This document shows positions 51,832 through 63,210 of a DNA stretch of 64,000 bases, in pieces (the stretch's first letter is position 1; every line of letters begins with the position of its first letter). This DNA is from Pocillopora damicornis (Eukaryota). The stretch lies in the NCBI RefSeq assembly GCF_003704095.1, contig NW_020846904.1:62001-126000 (forward strand), read 5' to 3'. The translations under genes were made by a program, and so were the position numbers. The notes under the pieces were generated by a model. It saw only the letters and a program-made list of their open reading frames with translations, did no database searches and was not told where the DNA came from.

Positions 51832-52613
51832 AGATGGGAAATTGTTTCAGCTCTGTTTGTGTTAGTTTTTCGAGAGGGTGAGACAAAGAAAAAATCTGAG
51901 TCCTCCACAAGGATTGGAAAATGAATATTATTACTTTTTGTTCATTTATGTTCATGTAACCAGTGTTTGGATGTTGATGCAGTGATATCTGAAACCCTTG
52001 TGTTTATTATTATCAGATGGTAACAGGATATTACAAGCATGGCTCAGCAGACACACTTGATGAACTCCTGGAGAGACCAGAACTTGGTCACTTCAACACT
52101 CTAGAAACAAGATTTCAACTAGGCATAGACTATGTTAAAATCCTCCAATTTCTTCATAACAGTCCTCTTGGTGTGCGGGTCATGTGTGATTCAAATGACA
52201 TAACCAAGACATTGTCACAGTACCTGATAACAAATGATTTTCATCTTGTCGTCAATGATCTTGATGCTTTACCAGAAGTAAAAGCAGATGAAGGTGAACT
52301 GATCAAGTGTGGTCACAGAGAACTGTATGGTGATTTTGTAGCCCCTGAACAGTTGTGGCCTTACTCACGCCCTTTTGATGATGAAGAAATGCCTCCCTAT
52401 GATGAAAAGATTGACATCTGGAGAATACCCAATGTTGTTGACAAACTGCTAGGCCGAGTTCATAATAGTAACTATGTCAGACGCCTTCTGATAGGGATTC
52501 ATGAGTCTTGTAAACAAGAAGATCCAGAAGAGAGGCCATCAGCTACTGAGGTTCTTGAAGTATTTTTGAATGTACAGAAAATTATTTCGGCAGGAACGAG
52601 GCAGGACCTCTAA
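50229..52613 (+). CDS. POMK: Protein O-mannose kinase (SGK196), type II membrane kinase, ~360 aa, 2 exons
   Basis: N-terminal TM segment, CPRGHF...C..WL.C, and the POMK-specific RVMCDSND..KTLSQYL, NDLDALP, KCGHREL.GDFVAPEQLWPY, YDEKIDIW. Exons 50229-50714 and 52017-52613 join in phase 0. Confidence 0.96.
51389..51649. mobile_element. Foldback/MITE with ~87-bp TIRs in the POMK intron
   Basis: 51389-51475 is nearly perfectly reverse-complementary to 51563-51649. Confidence 0.9.
51795..51828. repeat. (TA)n microsatellite
   Basis: Direct reading. Confidence 0.95.
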
Positions 52614-53557
52614 CCGGTATTTTCAGATTTTTAAATGAAATTTTAAGTTTTTTCAACTGTAACTGCTCAATAAAATTTGAACCACCTAATCACTCGATGT
52701 TATCGTCAACGCAGCCCATTTTCCTACGTCGTTTCAAGGCCCTTCGTATTTGTTCTGCTGGGAACAAGTTTTAATTAGTTTGGACTCTCCTGTGATTAAA
52801 TATTTGACCACAGTGAATGCTGTTTTACAGAGGGTTAGGTCGGTTGCACACAACATGCACAAAACGTCTCAATCCCCATTCGATATCAATACGGTTAGCT
52901 CAGGAAGTAAGTCCCTCAGCATTTGCATTGTTTCTGATTGGACACTGGAAACAAGAAAAACCTTGAAAACGTATGGAGCAAGATACGTACTAGTTTGTCT
53001 CATTTAAAAGGGGTATTCGCAAGCTGAACCCTTACGGAGTGGGAGTCATATCAGAGTGCACCAACTTGAATAAACGCTTGAAAAAACAGTTTCTCTACCA
53101 AGAAAAGGACAAAGCAAACATTTGTTTAGTGCAGTGAGCCAGCTTTCTAAACATTACTCAGCACAGCTTGCTTTTCTTTCTACATACTGATATAAAATGA
53201 AAGAAATGATGACCATTAAATTACAAGTTTGGCATTAAACGCCGTTTATTTAAATTTATTTTCAAATTTTACAGATCTCGCATTGGCTGGTGCTGAAGTA
53301 ATCATAAACGGTACTTTGTCGGGTAAAGTGTTTCAGGGGTAGGAATTCTTGGTCAATTTAAGTATTTATCTGGAACAAAGGTCACACCAAACTCAACTTA
53401 ATTCATGTGCGAAGGAATTTAGTTCAAACGATATGGGTCACTTACGACGATTCCGACGACTAGCTATTCCATGTCTGCGGTATTACATCGTGCGTCAGAT
53501 ATTATTTGTCAACCGTGATATTATTTTTCAACGGATATTAGTCGTCAACCGTGAAAC

Positions 53558-53986
53558 TCACGAATGTTTGATACCGTTATATAAACAAGGACAACATAAA
53601 CGAAGCCATGAACAGCAAGGACAAAGTACACATTCATCGTCCTCTTCCTGATCTTTATCGGCAGGACTTATCAGTAGTTCTTTCTCGCTTTTTGGCATCA
53701 ATATTCCAGTATGTGTCTCAACTGGTTCGTGTGCTCGCCTTTTTTTGATTCCGTATTTTCCTCTCATGTCAGATCGTAGTTTTTCTCTTATTGCTTCCAT
53801 TTTATGGTGTTTCTTTTTCCTTGCCTTCGCCTCTTTATTCAGTTCTTTTTCAGCTCTTTCTATGTCCTTTTTATTCAAATTCTCCATACTGAGTGTTTTT
53901 CCGATATCTCCGCCTAATTCCCCAACTCTGCCAGTAACGCCACTTGTTGCACTCGATACAAGATATTTGGCCGCAAAAGTCGCCAT
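53558..53986 (-). CDS. CPLX: Complexin (synaphin)-family protein, 142 aa, single coding exon, Cys-rich C-terminus
   Basis: N-terminus MATFAAKYLV and central helix ARKKKHHKMEAIREKLRSDMRGKYGIKK align to the complexin SNARE-binding helix ([28 protein letters not shown] in mammalian CPLX1, recalled). Confidence 0.88.
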   Translation of the reverse strand: MATFAAKYLVSSATSGVTGRVGELGGDIGKTLSMENLNKKDIERAEKELNKEAKARKKKHHKMEAIREKLRSDMRGKYGIKKRRAHEPVETHTGILMPKSEKELLISPADKDQEEDDECVLCPCCSWLRLCCPCLYNGIKHS

Positions 53987-53996
53987 TTGGGAAGGC

Positions 53997-55413
53997 CTAT
54001 CGTAAAATCACAGACAAAAATATACAAAACGAACGATATCCTCGTGGCATGGTTGCCACTTTACATTATCACTATTTTTTTCAGGTTCTGCTAGAATGTG
54101 CGCAAAAGGAATTTTGACTTCAGACGAAATAATTACTAAGTGGAAGAAGTTTTTGTTGAAGATGCATGACCCTCCCAATTAGATAAATAAAAATTACTTG
54201 CGCCGTTTCGCTTTTCCAAGCTTCGCCATTTGACTTGATTACTGCAGTAAACTGATCCATTACAAAACTCTTCATTTGTATGATCCGGTGCACCCCCCTG
54301 TCAGAGTTTTTCGTGTTCAGAGAGCCATTGACACAAAAATTGCATGACTAATCTTCTTAAAATTACATGAAATATTTTCTGAGCTTAATTTTATGATAAA
54401 ATCTGTCAGGGGCTCCTCAGGAATGGGCAAGAGAAAAACTTTCTTGGGAGAAAGCTAAGGAAATAAGTGGTACCTAATTTTGCGTCGGTACACATGTAGA
54501 AAGAAGAAGAAAATGCCCGCATAATAGTGCTGCCTTTCTATAAGAGGGAAAAAAATTACTCGTGTGTCTATAGGAAGCAAGACTCCCCCATGCGCTCTAT
54601 GAATGCTATTTTTCACTTTACGCCAAAGAAATTCACAGTTTGCCAAATGCAACGTACAAGCAAACAAACTTTGAAAGTTTCTTTATGTAAAAAGTTGTCA
54701 AGTGCTGTTTTTCAATGGGTATCTTTGGTCAACCGTTGAAATTAGCCCAGCGGGGAAATAACGTTCCGATGAAGTGACCGTTAGTTTTATAACAGTCAAT
54801 ACTGGACAACAATTTTTGAAAATCTTTAGACGTTGTAAACGCATATTCGCATAACTTAATAGCTGAAAATTGCGAATTATTTTCCGCATGTTGTTATTTC
54901 TGACATGATCTACGTGTCGGATATTGTTTGATTTTGCGTAATTTAAACAGCCCACAAGGGAAAAAGGTACGTCAACGCGTGAGTCAACTTTGTAGTCTAC
55001 TGCATATTAATTTCCTCCGTGTTTCTTGAGGGAATTCTAGTAATCCCTTGGAAAACTATCGACGAAGTCGGAGAGGAATGAAAAGGAGAATGATGTTTGC
55101 GGAACTCAGATTTGAAACACGGTGATAATGTCCTGTTCACAGTAGCTTTGGTGATCCGGCATGGAATTTGTATTATTCAATAAACAATAACATTAACTGA
55201 TAGATTAAGATTTGTCGACTATTGTCAGTTTAAAAACTGAACCCCGTCGCCTCAAATTAACTAGAAAGTAAAAGCGTTCATCGAAAGTGAATTCCGGATC
55301 GAACTTTAATCAGTCTCAACTTAAACTTTCTTGACTTGCTCAGACGGTGTACAAAATTAAACTATAACAACACAGTACAAGCATCGAGGTGTTTTCAATT
55401 AAAAGCCACTTAC
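53997..55413 (-). other. Probable 5'UTR intron of the complexin gene
   Basis: Pyrimidine-rich acceptor (tttttgtctgtgattttacgatag) 10 nt upstream of the ATG, and a strong donor GCG|gtaagt at 55414/55413. Confidence 0.5.
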
Positions 55414-56347
55414 CGCTAAACCGAGGATGATCGTGTTCTCCACGTAGCAACAAAATCTAAACGGAAGGCCTTCTCCCGCATTTTCAAGGTGGTAAGCTTC
55501 ACCGACGGGCCACGCTGCTAAGACAACCGTTAAGCGCTAGCTACTGTAATTTATGTTACTAAATATCTCTCACTACGTCACCGAAATTTACGTCTCTCCC
55601 GTTGACAAAAAAAACTTTGTATGGAAATTAATTATGCGCATTCACGTGTAACTAAGTACATCGCGACCGTTGTTTGCTAGGAACATATTAAAGATGAATT
55701 AGGAAAACATTTGGGTGATTCCAATTTTATCCTATTTGAAAGCAAGGTTTTGGAAAGAATATTATGGATGCGAACTCTTGCTAAAGAAAAATTATGCTAT
55801 GGAACAATTTGTCGAGCAAAAGAAAATAATGGTTAGTAGAGCTTATTATGGAAGGTCAGTAACTTCAAGGTCATGCTGGGAAATTGTCACTCATCCATTG
55901 AATCAAATGTCTAAACAGGGTAACAACGTCACGAAAACGTTTTTGCTCTTTCTGCTTCTCTCCCTTCCCTTTAAATTATTTTAGTGACTGTTACAAAGCA
56001 ACTTCATCAACACTTGGTAAAAGAGACACCTGTTACTAAATAGCCAGGTGCGAGAGGCTCTAATTAGCGCTGCAACGGGGGTCCGTGTTTGCTCTCCCAG
56101 AACCCCTTTACAGTCCTCACCCGCTAGCTTTTTTTATTCGCTGGTTTGAATCTCACGCGCTTCGCCGCTCTTTCCGAAGAGCTACTGAGTATGAAAGCCT
56201 GCCCGTAGGCGACCTAACAGATGAAGAGGACCAGGAAAAATAGACTTTGGACAACATTTACTGAATGAGTTGGTGCTACTACATGAAGGAAAATGACATG
56301 AGCTCCGCAAATTTTATTCTCGGCGACGTGATTGACTTGGGATGTTT

Positions 56348-56415
56348 ACTCTGCGAGAAGAGTCTTCTTTCACCCCCTCTTTGGAGGAGGTGAAAGAAGA
56401 CTCTGCGGGCAGGGT
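56348..56415. repeat. 68-nt hairpin element
   Basis: AGAGTCTTCTTTCACC / GGTGAAAGAAGACTCT perfect 16-bp stem, extended by imperfect flanks. Confidence 0.85.
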
Positions 56416-57087
56416 GAGGGTGTTTTTACACTGTTAAATATTCTTACTTCAAGCATAAAACGTGCATGCCGTGCAACTTGTTTAAGGCCGTTGAAAGGCG
56501 CTTAGCATAACGGTTTAAGTATTGTGGATATTGTAGGCTTGAATGAAAGTATCAGTATCACATGGCATTTATTACATCGAATTTCCGTTGGAATTTTAAA
56601 ATTGACGTTTTGCCACGTGAAACTCCACTCGAAACAGTTATAACGTCTGTTCCCTCAGGCTCTAAACCAGCAGCCGCACCTCCTTTTATCATTATGATCT
56701 ATATGCAAATTGTGACCTCATTGAATGATTCCAGCTGGTTCTTTCTCGCAGAACTCGTCGACCTTTACACCCTGATGTACAATCTATGTCAGTCCTCTCG
56801 ACCCATTATCATCCTCCTTCCCCTTTTAAATTATTATTCCCAATTTTCGTTTTCCTATCTTACAAACCATATATTTTGAGGTTTTCTTCACAGTGGAGGT
56901 AATTTTTCACGTCGTTAAGAACAGGTTCAACCATCATGGCTCAACTCCGCAGGAGTTTGACTTGATGTTTTTCCCAGTGTTGAAGTTGTGGATTAGAAAG
57001 ATTCAGAATTATGACAGAATTAGGTTGAAGCTGGCATAAGAAATTTATTCAAGTTCTTTTACAAGAATTTTGAAGTTACTGTTGCAG

Positions 57088-59232
57088 TTAAAGTTTAAAC
57101 TGATTTATGCTCTCAATCACATCAAAAAGGGCATCTCCATTGTTGTAAGCGTCGCAGAGCGTTATCCCACTCTCGGCGTTGAATTGAATCACTTTCCACT
57201 CCTTAAAGATGCGCACGGCATTGCGGAAAGGTTCCAGTGAACAACTCTCGGCTGGAAAAAAACAAAAAGCAAGATAACTATTTAGTATTGAGCGATGATT
57301 ACAGAGCTAGTTGCGATCGAGTGAGTAAAAATTCACAATTACACTTTTTAGAATAGGACTTCCCATATAACCCAACGAAAGACCATTACTGAATTTCATT
57401 CTCGCGCAGCTAACTCGTTAAGATCAATTCTTTACTGGTTGATTTTAATCATCAGCATACATATTCTCCATACCGTTCTTTACACATTTCCTATGGCACT
57501 GACAAGGAGAATTAAGATAAAAATCAAGACTGCTTTTCACGTTTACGTTTCTCATGAGCCTCATGTTTGATTCAAAAGTGATACCAAGGTGAGAAGTTAG
57601 ATGTTAGTCACTCACAGGGGTTAAAGGGTTAATGTCATCTTTACTATTTTTGGCGTGAAGTTGTATGTAACATCTATTACAGGATAGATGGGAGTAAAAG
57701 TGAGTGATGCAAGAACTTTTAGAAAAGCGTTGTCAGTTGTGATCTTTCAAACAAAAAAAAATACTATCAGAAACCACCAATCAAGACCTCCATCGCAATT
57801 AAAGAATCTCACTCATTTAACAAACTAAATGCAAGAATGTTGAACACTTACGAAACATTGCTACTCCCTTATGGACCCGTTCTTTCGCACAGGAATGAAG
57901 AGCAGTCAGAAACTCTGTATCTTGAGGGCAAATAATTTAAAATAAAGATAAAAACAACACATAAAGCCAAACCAGACCACATAAAAATTCTGCAATCTCC
58001 AAACAGCTAAAATGGTTAAACAACACCATACAGGCAAATACAGTAAACTACGTACATATGTTCAAGTCGCTGACACAAGCAAGAATTGGCTGTATTTTGA
58101 TACAACTCTTTGATCCATGAGGTACTGAGTTGCAAGAAAAAATTCTGTAAAATTATTACCTGAGAACCTCTGGTTTCTGAGCCAAAGTAAACCACAAGCT
58201 GCTACCCAGTAAGATTCTATCAGGGGAGCAACCACTGACTTTAGAAACTGAAGCTTGTTTAGCAGCTCTTCTGCATTGGTTAACTGAAGTGAAGGAATTG
58301 ACAAAAAGTGTTATAAACAGATAAGCTTCACTACAGAAATTTAGTTGTTTACTGGCAGATAAAAACCCCAGTATGGGATTGCCTGAAAAGTGTAAGGAAC
58401 AGGTGGGAACTTTTTAATGAACTAAACACGTTCTCAACAACTTTAGAGGCAAATCCGTTTTCATTTCTCTCAGATTGTATAACGTGTACAATATGTTTGG
58501 TCATTCTAACGATATAAGGATTAATAAAGCCAACAAGCGCCTTTCACCACGCGAACTCTTTCCGGTACTGTGAGAAAAATTATCCTGTTACATGAATTTA
58601 GAAACAAGCGAAAAAAGGGGGACCGTTCTGTAACTTTTGTGGTGGAGGGGTTTATATAAATAACCTAGACTCTAGGCTGACAAACACATTTCTGACCCTC
58701 CTGGTATGCGGGGCACTTGTTACATACAGACCTTGTATTTCATTAGAGCGATGCTCACCACTAAGTTCCCTGTTGGTCAGTAATAGCGCACTTAAGGAAG
58801 CTCTGGGATTAAATTCCTCGGGCGGGACTCAGATTAAAAACATGCCATGTTTCTTTCACTGTTTGAATCGATATCGCTGAAAGAAAAAAGAATAAAACTT
58901 ACCTTGTACTCGATCTCCGTGACGTCAAATTCTCCTGTGTACTCATCGTCGTCATCCCATCCCCATTGACTGCCTCGAGAACTAACGGGGTCGCTCTGTT
59001 GAGAAATTGAAGAGAGAATGACTCGGTATAATTACTGCTTAGATTGCTCAACACGGTTACCCAACCTGGTTTGTAAATACTGACCTCTGCTATGATCTGT
59101 AGGGTCTCACTAGACGTGAATTTGTCCAGTCCCTCTGTCAGAGCAGACTCTAGGTTCTCACATGGCTGAAAATACACACACCTTCAGGTACTTCCGATCA
59201 CGATTTTGTTGTTACTATGCACAGACTGATGA

Positions 59233-59267
<35 letters not shown>

Positions 59268-62200
59268 CATTATTATTATTAAGTAAATTCACACATTTTA
59301 GATACTGCCTTACTGTGGGTCATGAGTTGTGATTCTAGTTTTGAAGTTGACAGTGATGGAACATTGGTAGTTGAGGTGAGGTTATTGTGAGAGGGCCTTC
59401 AAGGAGAATGTTGGAGAAGTACGAGAAGAAGGAAAAGGAGGGGGCCAGGGGTGAGGGGTGAGGGGTGAGGGGTGAGGGGATGATATGGAATGGTAGGGGG
59501 AAGGAGGAGAGAAGTGCGTACAATGCACTAATTATATATAAGGAAAAAAATACTTCACGTCCTCTCAGTAATCAGTTCTCCTTAAATACATAGTTAAACT
59601 TACCGGAACTAAATTGAACTCTCTCTGAAGAACATCGCACAAATTTTTCGCCTTCTCGACTATCTAGACACGAAATTGACGTAAACTTAACAGCGTTAAA
59701 AGTAAACAGAATAGTCTAAAAATGCGGAGGACGGATAACACTGCAACTTAACGAGACAGATTAATCACCAACACACTTTTCCAGACCTGGGGGTCCAAAG
59801 TTTCTTCACAAACTCCACCCGACAAAAGCGATAATAAGTTCATCCCTTCTTTTTTTTAAAAGGAGAGCTTGCTTATCTCAATTCAATAGACACTGATGTC
59901 AAGAGTTGGAAAGTTTGTTAGTGTCTAAAAGGCTTTGCGACATGAGAGAGTAAAAGTGAATCCCTTCAACCGAGAAGTGACAGCAGAGAAAATGAGTGCT
60001 GTCATTTTGACTGCAAATACCTCGCCTAGCCAATCGAATACGTTCAAGATCGTGTCACGTTGAAGGAGAGCTTATTTACAAAGATTTAAATGAGAGACTA
60101 GATGATACATAGCAATGGAGATCGAAATTCACATACCGACGACTGAGTAATTATTTTCTGGCCTTCGATGTCGTCTGTATCAAAAGATTCACTATCCTCT
60201 GCAGCGGCGAAAATTGCACAAGCTAAATATTAAAGGAATACATTTTCAACATCTGTATAATTACAATGTACGAATGAGAAAACTCCAGTTTTCGAGCTAC
60301 GAAAGAACCGTGGCTTACCAAGGACAGCGTCTAGGGAAAATAATGAAACAACCTGAAACGAAAAGAAAAGTAACCAAGTGAGTGTTGAAAAGCCAAAACC
60401 AACGGGAATCACCAAGTCGCGCTTGTCTTTAGTTTTGCCTCTGATTGGTTGAGAGGATGGCGCAATTTTAGTAGACCAATCACAGCGCAAAGTAAGGTTA
60501 AACCAAAGCAATTCTTGACTACTTTCAACAACTTTCGACATTCAGTGGAAACTTGCTCTTAAGGTTAAGAGATGCTCGGGAAAAAGTTTGAAAGGTCAAA
60601 CAAAGAGGGCCAGGCTTCTTGTGACTAAATGCATTTATGTCCAGTTAGTTACCTGATTGCTGTAAAATGCCAGATTCAGAATGTGAGGTAAACCACCCTT
60701 GGGTTGAACTTGAACCCGCACTGTATCCTTCTGAGGACCTGTCCGCGATTCCGTTACTGTGACGTCATCTTCCAAAAGTCGCAATGCATGACGGACAACG
60801 GCTGCAGTCTTTCCCGAAAAGCCAACATCTCTTAAGAATAGAAGATGATAAATACCGGTATTTTATGGTACTTATGACACAACTGAACGCAACCTGCAAA
60901 CTTAACCACTCTATGGCTCTTCACCTTATCCAATCAACAAAGAGAAAGAAGGACAAGTAGAAGAGGGGAAGAGGAAAAAGCATTGATATCAGTCTACTTT
61001 CACTACACAATGTTCACAAATCTTTCCAATGTGTCTTCTAGGTCAGAAATACGTCTTACTTCAAAGCACCCCATGTAATTACAATGAAACAAATTTGTCT
61101 TTGATATTTGCAAACTCTCTCGTTCTTTTCAAAGTGACCGAAATGAAAAGTTGTTTACCTTCCTCGTGAGGTTATTTCCCTGTACAGCCTGTCAAAGGAC
61201 GCACACAGTTCTTGAAATGTAGCACCCTAAAGAGGTAGGACAATTAAATCAACGAACGGAATGGTTCAGTAAACGTTCCAATGTACAGAGGATTCAATAA
61301 TTTACAGTTTGCAACAACTTACCTTCCTATGATTGTTCATGAGAAGAAAGGCGACCATGTTGGTACTCATAACTGCACTACAATTCGCGGAATCTACAAG
61401 AAAGTAGACACGGTTTTTGAGTATGAAGGTCCTGGCAAGATATTGAGCCCCACCATACTGAGCCTCAGATACTTTTCCACGGAGCTGTATCAACAACAGT
61501 TACATCTTAGTTGAGATACCCTGTTCTAGTGAACTTCAGCTGGTCTTGAAACATAGTTTATTGAGATACCCTGTTCTAGTGAATTCCAGCTGGTCTTGAA
61601 ACATAGTTTATTCAGCATCGTTGTAAGTAAAGAGAAAATAAAGGAGGTCAAAGGCGAATAAATTCTTAGTCACTCGGTGTAAAGGTTTGGACAGTGAACC
61701 TGACTGGGCCCTCCCCTACCCCTCCACCCCTCCCCTACCCCTCCACCCCTCCCCTACCCCTCCACCCCTCCTCCATTCCTCACAAATGTCCTTATATGGT
61801 ATCAGGGAGGAAAAGCATTCACAGGCTACTTCTCAGACACTCCTTTAAATGATCCATGATTCTTTCCTAGTGGGTCAGAGGAAAAATGTAGCCGATATTT
61901 CATATAGTGAAAGGTTGTCGAGACATTTCGACTCCACATTTTGTGTCATAAATACCCAAAGATATAAATGTACTACACTCAGTCTATACAGTGAAAACCA
62001 GGATCAAAGTTCATAACCTACCATGAATGGAGTGATATCCAAGAGCCTTAGTGAGGGTGAAACACTTATCATCACCGATCTCACTTAACGAGACCTCAGA
62101 GTAGTTCCGCACAAGAGAAGACTTTGGCGACGAGATATCGGATGCTCTGAGTAACGATTTGGCTGCAAATTCCTGCATTGGCTGAGATTGGTCCATGGCT

Positions 62201-63179
62201 CGGGAAAATTCCTATTGATGGGGGCATTAGGAACAATCAGACCCACTACAAGCGTGCTTAACAACTGACGATATTTTCCACATAAAAAAAAACTAACCCA
62301 GAGAGATTAATCAAAACTGCTCATGGGAACCGATGAAGAGATACATAAGAGGTCACTGAAACAGCCTTACCCTTGTTTCCTGAGCAAATAAAGTTGACAT
62401 TACAAGTAATAATTTGTTTTCTCTTTCCTTTCTATTTTTTCCACTCGGTTTGTTTACCTTTCAAATTTTGGGTCAGACTTTCGAATCTCAAAAATTTCAG
62501 TATTTAGGAGTAAGGATGTATGCTCATTCAAGTTCATGAATGCGTAAAAAAACTAAAAATTTTAAACAAAGGTAACAAACCTGCAGAGAAAATGGCTGGC
62601 CAAAGTCGAGCCTGACGTTGCCATATCTTGTTCTGATGACGCGCCAGATGCTTTTCATTGTGCTCCAGAATGACTCTGGTCTCTTAACTTCACCCTGAAG
62701 ACACATGAACACATTCTGTTAAAGATAGTTCTTCATTTTCTAGTAATTAAGAACAATACAAAGCAAGCCTTATGCTGTATTTACGTGCTAAAGATCACAA
62801 CCTCAACAAAACATCAACGCAAAAAGTTAACCCACGGAGTGAAACATTTTTGGGTACAAATACAGTTTCCAGACAATTCCCTGGGAGAATCGTGCCCCTA
62901 ATCTCTGGAAGATAGAAGAAAAAGTTTTCTCCTCCTTTCCCCAAATGGTACCTTAATTGAGATCGCATTAGAAAGGACTAACGTAACTCAAAAAACATTA
63001 TACATTTATTCAAGAGAGACGGGGCATATCCTTCAAAGATTGAGGGCAAATAGGCCATTTTCAATATATTAGAATTCTAACATGGCTTCGAGGCTAGGGG
63101 GAAGCCTTGGAGCCAAGTTTGAATTTTAATATATAACGAAATGGCTTATGGTCATAGGATTGAGGAAGAGGAGGGATAT

Positions 63180-63210
<31 letters not shown>

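Noticed and set aside
53558-53986. Complexin as a processed pseudogene
   Set aside because: Intact ORF, conserved key residues, a probable 5'UTR intron, and no poly-A tail or target-site duplication.
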